From positions 1-64,000 of the forward strand of contig JAUCBJ010002864.1 of assembly GCA_032718475.1 (NCBI GenBank): a stretch of DNA of 64,000 nt. Reading direction: 5' to 3'. This DNA is from Nemertoderma westbladi (Eukaryota > Animalia > Xenacoelomorpha). The notes beneath the pieces are model-generated. The model ran no database searches. It saw only the letters and a list, made by a program, of their open reading frames with translations, and was not told the origin of the DNA. Positions within the stretch are counted from its first letter, which is position 1. Every line of letters begins with the position of its first letter. The translations under genes were made by a program, and so were the position numbers. This document shows positions 52,191-64,000 of the stretch, piece by piece.

Positions 52191-55113
52191 TCGTTGTCTC
52201 TTTTATTTGAAATAAAAAGTCGGTTCCTTATCGGGCCGCTAGGCCCGTCACTAGTTAGGAACCGAGAGGTTCATTACTGTAAGAATTGTTAGCTGACTGG
52301 CTGGCTGACTGGCTGATCTACAGCCAAAACTACTCTAACGATTTTGATGAAATTTTCGCAGCATCTAGATACCGCGATTCTAAGGTCCCTGGCATGATAG
52401 GCTACTCCGTCCATGAGCCTCTGGGCTCGAAAAATAGACATAAACGAAAAAACGCCATAGGCGCAATGGTAAAATAACACCAATAACAGCTGGTGTCGTG
52501 ATGAAAAATGGCTTATGTAATGGATTTCTACACAAGGCTTAGTATAAATCGATGAGGTTGCCAAGATTATTGTACTTAGTACACCCATACTGTTTGTTTA
52601 GGCCCTAGGACACTCTGTCAAAGCAAATATTAACTGGTTGGTTTAGTTTGAAATCTATTATCGCCTCAGCTGAATTACTCTTCCCAATGCATTCTATGAG
52701 AATATCTCACTCTGCTAATGTAAGCTGAATGACTTTAAGTACACAGTGTGTTGGCTACATTAATGCCAACATTATTGCAAAATGTTTTATTGTTGGATTA
52801 CTCTGTCAGTCTCCCCTTCAGAACATTGTATAGGGAATTTACTTTAGTTTACTCTACTGTGCCATTCAGCTGAATGGATTTGAGCGATTGCCAAGTTACA
52901 GAGTTGGATCATTCTCTGACCATAGGCAAAGACATCAAATCTTTTTAATGTTTTCCATGTTTTTTTTTCTGACCAAAAATTTCAAAAAAAATTTTTCGTA
53001 GCCAGTACTGCCAATCGATTCGCCATCAAAAATAACGCAAAAAATTTTTTTTGCAAAATTTTAAATTACTGTAAATTTTTGGCGACTGGGGGGGGGGGGG
53101 GTCAATTTTTTTCGATCCGCTATAACTCCGGAACGCTTTGTCCAAATTCGATGGGGTTTTCATTTTTCAACTTAATTCGATGTCCTCTTTCAGCCTATCC
53201 ATGTTTCGAAACCCCAAACAGCGCCGTTCAAAAATTAATTTTTTCTAGTTCTAGAATTTTACAAATTTCAAAAAAGTTGCAGTATTTTATTAACGCCTTT
53301 ACGGAATTCGATAGCGTTTTCGATTTTTATATTAAACGCAATATCCTGAATCTCCCTAGCCTAGTTTCGCGTCACCAATGCCAAGACTTCATACTTTTTG
53401 AGGAAAATTTTTCAAGAATAATTTTTATTTAATTACATTTATCGCGATTTCTTATTACTGGTTGCACATGAATTGATGGAGTTTTCAATTTATTAACTAA
53501 ACACGATATCGCGCATCGCACCAGTGAGGTTTCGGAATTCCAAAACGAGGTCTTCACTGGTTACAGGTCGATTATGTTCTAGAATTGAGCAACTAATAAT
53601 AGATCGAATTTATTAATAATTATTGTATGAAATATGATTGTATTTTTACATAATTATTAGTTCTATGCTAATTCTCGTTGTCTCTTTTATTTAAAATAAA
53701 AAGTCGGTTCCTTATCGGGCCGCTAGGCCCGTCACTAGTTAGGAACCGAGAGGTTCATTACTGTAAGAATTGTTGGTGGCTGGCTGACTGGCTGGCTGAC
53801 TGACTGATCTACAGCCAAAACTGCTCTAACGATTTTGATGAAATTTTCACAGCATCTAGATACCGCGATTATAAGGTCCCTGGTATGTTGCGCTATTTCG
53901 TCCATGAGCCGTGGGCTCGAAAAATAGACATAAACGAAAAAACGCCATAGGCGCAATGGTAAAATAACACCAATAACAGCTGGTGTCGTGATGAAAAATG
54001 GCTTATGTAATGCATTTCTACAGAAGGCTTATTAATAAATCGATGAGGTTGCCAAGATTATTATACTCAGTACACCCATACTGTTTGTATAGGCCACCAC
54101 TCTCTGTCAAAGCAAACATTATTAACTGGTTGGTTTAGTTTGAAATCTAATATCGCCTCAGCTGAATTACTCTTCCCAATGCCATCTATGGGAATATCTC
54201 ACTCTGCTAATGTAAGCTGAATGACTGTTACGTACACAGTGAGTTGGCTACATTAATGCCAACATTATTGCAAAATGTTTTATTGTTGGATTACTCTGTC
54301 AGTCACCCCTTCAGAACCAAAAATTTCAAAAAAAAATTTTTCGTAGCCAGTACTGCCAATCGATTCGCCATCAAAAATAACGCAAAAAATTTTTTTTGCA
54401 AAATTTTAAATTACTGTAAATTTTTGCCGACTGGGGGGGGTCAATTTTTTTCGATCCGCTATAACTCCGGAACGCTTTGTCCAAATTCGATGGGGTTTTC
54501 ATTTTTCAACTTAATTTGATGTCCTCTTTCAGCCTATCCATGTTTCCAAACCCCAAACAGCGCCGTTCAAAAATTAATTTTTTCCAGTTCTAGAATTTTA
54601 CAAATTTCAAAAAAGTTGCAGTATTTTATTAACCCCTTTACGGAATTCGATAGCGTTTTCGATTTTTATATTAAACGCAATATCCTGAATCTCACTAGCC
54701 TAGTTTCGCGTCACCAACGCCAAGACTTCATACTTTTTGAGGAAAATCTTTCTAGAATAATTTTTATTTAATTACATTTATCGCGATTTCTTATTACTGG
54801 TTGCACATGAACTGATGGAGTTTTCAATTTATTAACTAAACACGATATCGCGCATCGCACCAGAGTGGTTTCGAAATTCCAAAACGAGGTCTTCACTAGT
54901 TGCAGGTCAATTTTGTTCTAGAATTGAGTAACTAATAATAGATCGAATTTATTTAATTATTGTATGAAATAAGATTGTATTTTTACATAATTATTAGTTC
55001 TATAATAATTCTCGTTGTCTCTTTTATTTGAAATAAAAAGTCGGTTCCTTATCGGGCCGCTAGGCCCGTCACTAGTTAGGAACCGAGAGGTTCATTACTG
55101 TAAGAATTGCTCG

Positions 55114-55144
<31 letters not shown>

Positions 55145-56149
55145 TCTACAGCCAAAACTACTCTAACGATTTTGATGAAATTTTCACAGCGGCTAGATAC
55201 CGCGATTCTAAGGTCCCTGGTATGTTCCGCTATTCCGTCCATAGCCTCTGGGCTCGAAAAATAGACGTAAACGAAAAAACGCCATAGGCGCAATGATAAA
55301 AACACCAGCTGGCACTCATGAAAAATGGATAGAGATAGCCTAGTAATACTATTCTATAGGAATGGCCACCTAACAAGGAAATGCTTTCTTTGCCAAGTAT
55401 TATCCTCACTCTACAACTCAGACAGTAAGCAAACAAAAGCCGTGGGATTCTAATGTATTACATCATAAGCTGATTGCTCTCCCAATAGCCCTCACACACT
55501 CACTGAATCGAATGAAATCGTATATCTATTAGCTTAATGCGAATAGCTGGTAAGCTGAATGCCATTTTAGTTATTGTGTACTGTTGATTGCAGAGTTGAC
55601 TGCTATGTTGTATGTATTTAATTAAAATAATTTTCGTAGAGGGAAGTTAATTTGGGATTACTTTCTATCAGATGTAAGCAAAGCTGTTCAATGGGGTAGT
55701 ACATTATGCATGGCAAACATTAATAAAATCATTCAGTCAACCTGGAGGGTATTTGCTTAGTTAACTCTACTGTGCGAAAAACGAATTTATAATGTTACCC
55801 ATACTTCAGGTGAATGAATTTTTAGATATTTGTACTGAAGGCAAGGATTTCTGATATAATTAAAATACAAGACAGGGGCTTGTTTCGATATATGTAGTTG
55901 CGCCCTTCTAGCAGCACGTGAGATAATCAAATAATAGACACAATGTTTGACTTTGTCCCTTCGAGCAGCACGTGAGTTTTGCTTTGACCCTTCGATATAT
56001 ATGTATTTGCGCCCTTCGAGCAGCACGTGAATTACATCAAATAATAGACACATTGTTTGACTTTGTCCCTTCGAGCAGCACGTGAGTTTTGCTTTGACCC
56101 TTCGATATATGTATTTGCGCCCTTCGAGCAGCACGGGGAGTCGACTCAG

Positions 56150-56402
56150 ACCGAGCCGAGCCGAGCCGAGCCGAGCCGAGCCAAGCCAAGCCGAGCCGAG
56201 CCAAGCCGAGCCGAGCCGAGCCGAGCCGAGCCGAGCCGAGCCGAGCCGAGCCGAGCCGAGCCAAACCGAGCCGAGCAAAAACCGAGCCGAGCCAAGCCGA
56301 GCCGAGCCGAGCCGAGCCGAGCCGAGCCGAGCCGAGCCGAGCCGAGCCGATCAAGCCAAGTCGAACTTAATCGTGCCCAATCGTGCAAGACCGAGCCGAG
56401 CT
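56150..56402. repeat. (GAGCC)n tract
   Basis: About 200 bp nearly pure. Confidence 0.97.
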
Positions 56403-59400
56403 CGTTGTCTCATTTATTTGAAATAAAAAGTCGGTTCCTTATCGGGCCGCTAGGCCCGTCACTAGTTAGGAACCGAGAGGTTCATTACTGTAAGAATTGT
56501 TGGCTGATTGATTGACTGGCTGGTTAATCTATAGCCAAAACTACTCTAACGATTTTGATGAAATTTTCACAGCGGCTGGATACCGCGATTCTAAGGTCCC
56601 TGGTATGTTCCGCTATTTCGTCCATGAGCCGTGGGCTCGAAAAATAGACATAAACGAAAAAACACCATAGGCGCAATGGTAAAATATCACCAATAACAGC
56701 TGGTGTCGTGATGAAAAATGGCTTACGTAATGGATTTCTACACATGGCTTAGAATAAATCGATGAGGTTGCCAAGATTATTGTACTCAGTACACCCATAC
56801 TGTTTGTTTAGGCCCTAGGACACTCTGTCAAAGCAAATATTAACTGGTTGGTTTAGTTTGAAATCTATTATCGTCTCAGCTGAATTACTCTTCCCAATGC
56901 AGTCTATGGAAATATCTCACTCTGCTAATATAAGCTGAATGACTTACGTACACAGTGTGTTGGCTACATTAATGCCAACATTATTGCAAAATGTTTTATT
57001 GTTGGATTACTCTCTGTCAGTCTCCCCTTCAGAACATTGTACAGGGAATTTACTTTAGTTTACTCTACTGTGCCATTCAGCTGAATGGATTTGAGCGATT
57101 GCCAAGTTACAGAGTTGGATCATTCTCTGACCATAGGCAAAGACATGAAATCTTTTTAAAAATATACTTTTTCCATGTTTTTTTTTCTGACCAAAAATTT
57201 CAAAAAAAAAATTTTCGTAGCCAGTACTGCCAATCGATTCGCCATCAAAAATAACGCAAAAAATTTTTTTTGCAAAATTTTAAATTACTGTAAATTTTTG
57301 GCGACTGGGGGGGGTCAATTTTTTTCGATCCGCTATAACTCCGGAACGCTTTGTCCAAATTCGATGGGGTTTTCATTTTTCAACTTAATTCGATGTCCTC
57401 TTTCAGCCTATCCATGTTTCGAAACCTCAAACAGCGCCGTTCAAAAATTAATTTTTTCTAGTTCTAGAATTTTACAAATTTCAAAAAAGTTGCAGTATTT
57501 TATTAATGCCTTTACGGAATTCGATAGCGTTTTCGATTTTTATATTAAACGCAATATCCTGAATCTCACTAGCCTAGTTTCGCGTCACCAACGCCAAGAC
57601 TTCATACTTTTTGAGGAAAATTTTTCTAGATTAATTTTTATTTAATTACATTTATCGCGATTTCTTATTACTGGTTGCACATGAACTGATGGAGTTTTCA
57701 ATTTATTAACTAAACACGATATCGCGCATCGCACCAGCGTAGTTTCGAAATTCCAAAACGAGGTCTTCACTAGTTGCAGGTCGATTTTGTTCTAGAATTG
57801 AGCAACTAATAATAGATCAAATTTATTAATAATTATTGTATGAAATATGATTGTATTTTTACATAATTATTAGTTCTATACTAATTCTCGTTGTCTCTTT
57901 TAATTAAAATAAAAAGTCGGTTCCTTATCGGGCCGCTAGGCCCGTCACTAGTTAGGAACCGAGAGGTTCATTACTGTAAGAATTGCTCGAGACTGGCTGA
58001 CTGACTGACTGACTGACTAATCTACAGCCAAAACTACTCTAACGATTTTGATGAAATTTTCACAGCGGCTAGATACCGCGATTCTAAGGTCCCTGGTATG
58101 TTCCGCTATTTCGTCCATGAGCCGTGGGCTCGAAAAATAGACATAAACGAAAAAACGCCATAGGCGCAATGGTAAAATAACACCCATGACAGCTGGTGTC
58201 GTGATGAAAAATGGCTTATGTAATGCATTTCTACAGAAGGCTTAGTAATAAATCGATGAGGTTGCCAAGATTATTATACTCAGTACACCCATACTGTTTG
58301 TATAGGCCACCACTCTCTGTCAAAGCAAACATTATTAACTGGTTGGTTTAGTTTGAAATCTAATATCGCCTCAGCTGAATTACTCTTCCCAATGCCATCT
58401 ATGGGAATATCTCACTCTGCTAATGTAAGCTGAATGACTGTTACTTACACAGTGAGTTGGCTACATTAATGCCAACATTATTGCAAAATGTTTTATTGTT
58501 GGATTACTCTCTGTCAGTCACCCCTTCAGAACATTGTATAGGGAATTTACTTTAGTTTACTCTACTGTGCCATTCAGCTGAATGGATTTGAGCGATTGCC
58601 AAGTTACAGAGTTGGATCATTCTCTGACCATAGGCAAAGACATCAAATCTTTTTAAAAATATACTTTTTCCATGTTTTTTTTTCTGACCAAAAATTTCAA
58701 AAAAAATTTTTTCTTAGCCAGTACTGCCAATCGATTCGCCATCAAAAATAACGCAAAAAATTTTTTTTGCAAAATTTTAAATTACTGTAAATTTTTGGCG
58801 ACTGGGGGGGGTCAATTTTTTTCGATCCGCTATAACTCCAGAACGCTTTGTCCAAATTCGATGGGGTTTTCATTTTTCAACTTAATTAGATGTCCTCTTT
58901 CAGCCTATCCATGTTTCCAAACCCCAAACACCGCCGTTCAAAAATAAATTTTTTCTAGTTCTAGAATTTTACTAATTTCAAAAAAGTTGCAGTATTTTAT
59001 TAACGCCTTTACGGAATTCGATAGCGTTTTCGATTTTTATATTAAACGCAATATCCTGAATCTCACTAGCCTAGTTTCGCGTCACCAATGCCAAGACTTC
59101 ATACTTTTTGAGGAAAATTTTTCTAGAATAATTTTTATTTAATTACATTTATCGCGATTTCTTATTACTGGATGCACATGAATTGATGGAGTTATCAATT
59201 TATTAACTAAACACGATATCGCGCATCGCACCAGCGTGGTTTCGAAATTCCAAAACGAGGTCTTCACTAATTGCAGGTCGATTTTGTTCTAGAATGGAGC
59301 AACTAATAATAGATCGAATTTATTAATAATTATTGTATGAAATAAGATTGTATTTTTACATAATTATTAGTTCTATAATAATTCTCGTTGTCTCTTTTAT

Positions 59401-60923
59401 TTGAAATAAAAAGTCGGTTCCTTATCGGGCCGCTAGGCCCGTCACTAGTTAGCAAGTCGTTAGACTTGATTACTGTAAGAATTGTTAGCTGACTGACTGG
59501 CTGACTGACTGGCTGACTGACTGGCTGACTGACTGGCTGGCTGATCTACAGCCAAAACTGCTCTAACGATTTTGATGAAATTTTCACAGCATCTAGATAC
59601 CGCGATTCTAAGGTCCCTGGCATGATCGGCTACTCCGTCCATAGCCTCTGGGCTCGAAAAATAGAGATAAACGAAAAAAACGCCATAGGCGCAATGGTAA
59701 AATATCACCCATGACAGCTGGTGTCCTGATGAAAAATGGCTTATGTAATGCAATTCTACACAAGGCTTAGTATTAAATCGATGAGGTTGCCAAGAGTATT
59801 ATACTTAGTACACCCATACTGTTTGTTTAGGCCCTGTCAAAGCAAATATAAACTGGTTGGTTTAGTTTGAAATCTATTATTGCCTCAGCTGAATAACTCT
59901 TCCCAATGCATTCTAGTTGAGTATCCAAGATTCTCCCTCTGCTAATGTAAGCTGAATGACGGTTTAGTACACAGTGTGTTGGCTACATTAATGCCAACAT
60001 TATTGCAAAATGTTTTATTGTTGGATTACTCTCTGTCAGTCTCCCCTTCAGAACATTGTATAGGGAATTTACTTTAGTTTACTCTACTGTGCCATTCAGC
60101 TGAATGGATTTGAGCGATTGCCAAGTTACAGAGTTGGATCATTATCTGACCATAGGCAAAGACATCAAATCTTTTTAAAAATATACTTTTCCATGTTTAT
60201 TTTTCTGACCAAAAATTTCAAAAAAAAATTTTCGTAGCCAGTACTGCCAATCGATTCGCCATAAAAAATAACGCAAAAAATTTTTTTGGCAAAATTTTAA
60301 ATTACTGTAAATTTTTGGCGACTGGGGGGGGTCAATTTTTTTCGATCCGCTATAACTCCAGAACGCGTTGTCCAAATTCGATGGGGTTTTCATTTTTCAA
60401 CTTAATTCGATGTCCTCTTTTAGCCTATCCATGTTTCGAAACCCCAAACAGCGCCGTTAAAAAATTAATTTTTTCTAGTTCTAGAATTTTACAAATTTCA
60501 AAAAAGTTGCAGTATTTTATTAACGCCTTTACGGAATTCGATAGCGTTTTCGATTTTTATTTTAAACGCAATATCCTGAATCTCACTAGCCTAGTTTCGC
60601 GTCACCAATGCCAAGACTTCATACTTTTTGAGGAAAATTTTCTAGAATAATTTTTTTTGAATTACATTTATCGCGATTTCTTATTACTGGTTGCACATGA
60701 ATTGATGGAGTTTTCAATTTATTAACTAAGCACGATATCGCGCATCGCACCAGCGTGGTTTCGAAAATCCAAAACGAGGTATTCACTTGTTGCAGGTCGA
60801 TTATGTCCTAGAATTGAGCAACTAATAATAGATCGAATTTAATAATATTTATTATATGAAATATGATTGTATTTTTACATAATTATTAGTTCTATACTAA
60901 TTCTTGTTGTCTCTTATTTAAAA

Positions 60924-61280
60924 TTAGCAAGTCGTTAGACTTGATTACTGTAAGAATTGTTGACTGACTGACTGACTGACTGCCCACTGTGGCATTCTAA
61001 ATGTTTTATACTGTAGGTGATTGACATTGTGCAAGCTGAATGACTGTTAGTTCTTTCAGACCATAGGCAAACATTGTTGAGGGAATTGTTGAGGTTGAGT
61101 TCACTCTACTGTGCCATTCAACTGAATGAATTTGAGCAATTGCCAAATTACAGAGTGGGATCTCTCTGTGACCATAGGTAAATAGCACTTCCATTCTGAC
61201 CATAGGTAAACATTGTTAGGGAATTTACATTTGATTGATGACTTCCGACTTGCTTAACGGCGTCTTGACGCCGTCTCTAG
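60924..61280 (+). mobile_element. Short (357-bp) HINE unit with type-B termini
   Basis: Same 5' and 3' termini as 41720-43234, with most of the interior deleted. Confidence 0.88.
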
Positions 61281-62939
61281 TTAGGAACCGAGAGGTTCAT
61301 TACTGTAAGAATTGTTGGCTGACTGGCTGGCTGGTTAATCTATAGCCAAAACTACTCTAACGATTTTGATGAAATTTTCACAGCGGCTGGATACCGCGAT
61401 TCTAAGGTCCCTGGTATGTTCCGCTATTTCGTCCATGAGCCGTGGGCTCGAAAAATAGACATAAACGAAAAAACGCCATAGGCGCAATGGTAAAATAACA
61501 CCAATAACAGCTGGTGTCGTGATGAAAAATGGCTTATGTAATGGATTTCTACACAAGGCTTAGTATAAATCGATGAGGTTGCCAAGATTATTGTACTTAG
61601 TACACCCATACTGTTTGTTTAGGCCCTAGGACACTACACTCTGTCAAAGCAAATATTAACTGGTTGGTTTAGTTAGAAATCTATTATCGCCTCAGCTGAA
61701 TTACTCTTCCCAATGCATTCTATGAGAATATCTCACTCTGCTAATGTAAGCTGAATGACTTAAGTACACAGTGTGTTGGCTACATTAATGCCAACATTAT
61801 TGCAAAATGTTTTATTGTTGGATTACTCTCTGTCAGTCTCCCCTTCAGAACATTGTATAGGGAATTTACTTTAGTTTACTCTACTGTGCCATTCAGCTGA
61901 ATGGATTTGAGCGATTGCCAAGTTACACGTCCATGAGCCGTGGGCTCGAAAAATAGACATAAACGAAAAAACGCCATAGGCGCAATGATAAAAACACCAG
62001 CTGGCACTCATGAAAAATGGATAGAGATAGCCTAGTAATGCTATTCTATAGGAATGGCCACCTAACAAGGAAATGCTTTCTCTGCCAAGTATTATCCTCA
62101 CTCTACAACTCAGACAGTAAGCAAACAAAAGCCGTGGGATTCTAATGTATTACATCATAAGCTGATTGCTCTCCCAATAGCCCTCACACACTCAATGAAT
62201 CGAATGAAATCGAATATCTATTAGCTTAATGCGAATAGCTGGTAAGCTGAATGCCATTTTAGTTATTGCGTACTGTTGATTGCAGAGTTGTCTGCTATGT
62301 TGTATGTATTTAATTAAAATAATTTTCGTAGAGGGAAGTTAATTTGGGATTACTCTCTATCAGATGTAAGCAAAGCTGTTCAATGGGGTGGGCCATGGGA
62401 CCCAAATATAGTACATTATGCATGGCAAACATTAATAAAATCATTCAGTCAACCTGAATGGTATTTGCTTTAGTTAACTACTGTGTGTGAAAAGCGAATT
62501 TATAATGTTACCCATACTTCAGGTAAATTAATTTTTAGATATTTTGTACTGAAGGCAAGGATTTCTGTTATAATTAAAATACAAGACAGGGGCTTGTTTC
62601 GATATATGTAGTTGCGCCCTTCGAGCAGCACGTGAGTTAATCAAATATTAGACACAATGTTTGACTTTGTCACTTCGAGCAGCACGTGAGTTTGGCTTTG
62701 ACCCTTCGATATAATGTATTTGCGCCTTTCGAGCAGCGCGTGAGTTACATCAAATAATAGACACAATGTTTGACTTTGTCCCTTCGAGCAGCACGTGAGT
62801 TTTGCTTTGTCCCTTGATATATGATGTTGCGCCCTTCGAGCAGCTCATGAGTTACATCAAATAATAGACACACTGTTTGACTTTGTCCCTTCGAGCAGCA
62901 CGTGAGTTTGGCTTTGACCCTTCCAGCATCGTGTGTCAA

Positions 62940-63985
62940 TCGAGCCGAATCATACCGATTGAGCCGAATAGAACCAATCGAGGTGATCAAGCCGAGTCGA
63001 GCCCAATCGAGCCGAACAGAGCCGAGTTGAGCCCAATTAAGCCGAGTCGAGCCAGACTGAGCCGAGTCAAGCCCAATCGAGTCGAGTCGAGCCCAATAGA
63101 GCCGAGTCGAGCCCAATCGAGCCTAGTCGAGCCCAATTGAGATGGACCGAGCCAAGTCGAACCCAATTGAGCCGGACTGAGCCAAGTTGAGCCAAATCGA
63201 GCCAAGTCAAGCCCAATCAATCCCATTCGAGCCGAGTCGTGTGGATTGAGCCGAATCGAGCCCAATTGAGCCAAGTCAAGCCGGACCGAGCCAAGTCGAA
63301 CCCAATCGATCCGAATCGAGCTGAGTCGACTCAGACCGAGCCGAGCCGAGCCGGGCCGGGCCGAGCCGAGCCGATCCGAGCCGAGCCGAGCCGAGCCGAG
63401 CCGAGCCGAGCCGAGCCGAGCCGAGCCAAGCCGAGCCGAGCCAAGCCGATCCGAGCCGAGCCGAGCCGAGCCGAGCCGAGCCGAGCCGAGCCGAGCCGAG
63501 CCGAGCCGAGCTGAGCCGAGCCGTGTCGACCGTGTCACGCCAAATTGAGCCCGGATTGAGCCCAATCAAGCTGAGTCGAGCCCAATCGAGCCGAGTCGAG
63601 CCAGACTGAGCCGAGTCAAGCCCAAATCGAATCGAGTCGAGCCCAATCGAGCCGGGTCGAGCCCAATCAAGCCTAGTCGAGCCCAATTGAGCCGGACCGA
63701 GCCAAGTCGAGCCCAATCGAGCCAGACTGAGCCAAGTTGAGCCAAATCGATCCGAGTCAAGCCCAATCAATCCCAATTGAGCCGATTCGAGCAGATTGAG
63801 CTGAATCGAGCCCAATTGAGCCAAGTCGAGCTGGACCGAGCCGAGTCGAACCCAATCGAGCTGATTGAGCCGAATCAAGCTGAGTCGAGACAGATCGAGC
63901 CGAGCCGAGCCTAATCGAGCCAAACCGAGCCAATCAAGCCAAGTCGAACTAAATCGTGCCCAATCGTGCAAGACCGAGCCGAGCT
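62940..63985. repeat. Degenerate GAGCC satellite with a central pure tract
   Basis: Pure run at about 63335-63520 between degenerate flanks. Confidence 0.95.
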
Positions 63986-64000
63986 CGTTGTCTCTTTTAT

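Larger units (their letters stand above)
32190..64000 (+). mobile_element. Head-to-tail array of about 20 non-autonomous Helentron-type (HINE/DINE-1-like) elements
   Basis: Unit layout: 5' subTIR with adjacent hairpin, (CTGA/CTGG)n microsatellite, conserved core (ACTCTAACGATTTTGATGAAATTTT), variable body, 3' subTIR, GC hairpin, CTAG. Unit starts at about 32190, 33705, 35162, 36641, 38731, 40219, 41720, 43235, 45234, 46869, 49022, 50503, 52255, 53739, 55076, 56466, 57952, 59449, 60924 and 61281. Confidence 0.9.

Noticed and set aside
47713-52292. LGSAR and AEPSR repeat proteins
   Set aside because: Translations of (GAGCC)n, which has no stop codon in any frame.
32852-60650. Recurrent ORFs such as MATGGGQFFSIRY and MCRNALHKPFF as a gene family
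   Set aside because: They are chance frames of repeated non-coding element bodies; homopolymer length changes shift frames between copies and no domain is recognisable.
32190-64000. Autonomous Helitron or centromeric satellite
   Set aside because: No Rep/helicase coding sequence is visible and the units are heterogeneous; centromere function cannot be inferred from sequence alone.

Overview
AT-rich animal (metazoan) nuclear DNA with spliceosomal introns; no prokaryotic features and no CRISPR array. The left half (1-32 kb) has two host genes on the minus strand. One is the first two coding exons of a Cys-loop (nicotinic acetylcholine receptor-like) channel subunit, and the other is a short secreted neuropeptide-precursor-like gene. 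They sit among nested, decayed transposons: Tc1/mariner, several LINE clades (including RTE and CRE), a piggyBac MITE, Sola-like, P/THAP9-like, and a canonical non-autonomous Helitron. The right half (32.2-64 kb) is one uninterrupted head-to-tail array of about 20 non-autonomous Helentron-type (HINE/DINE-1-like) rolling-circle elements. These units mix different bodies and two different, internally matched terminal sequence sets, and they join at CTAG|TTAG with no spacer. Other highlights are a 146-bp repeat carrying CTCF-like motifs inside the Helitron, and 33-bp and 46-bp P-like mini-elements with 7-bp target duplications. Family assignments come from motif recognition by eye, not database searches, and the species cannot be determined.
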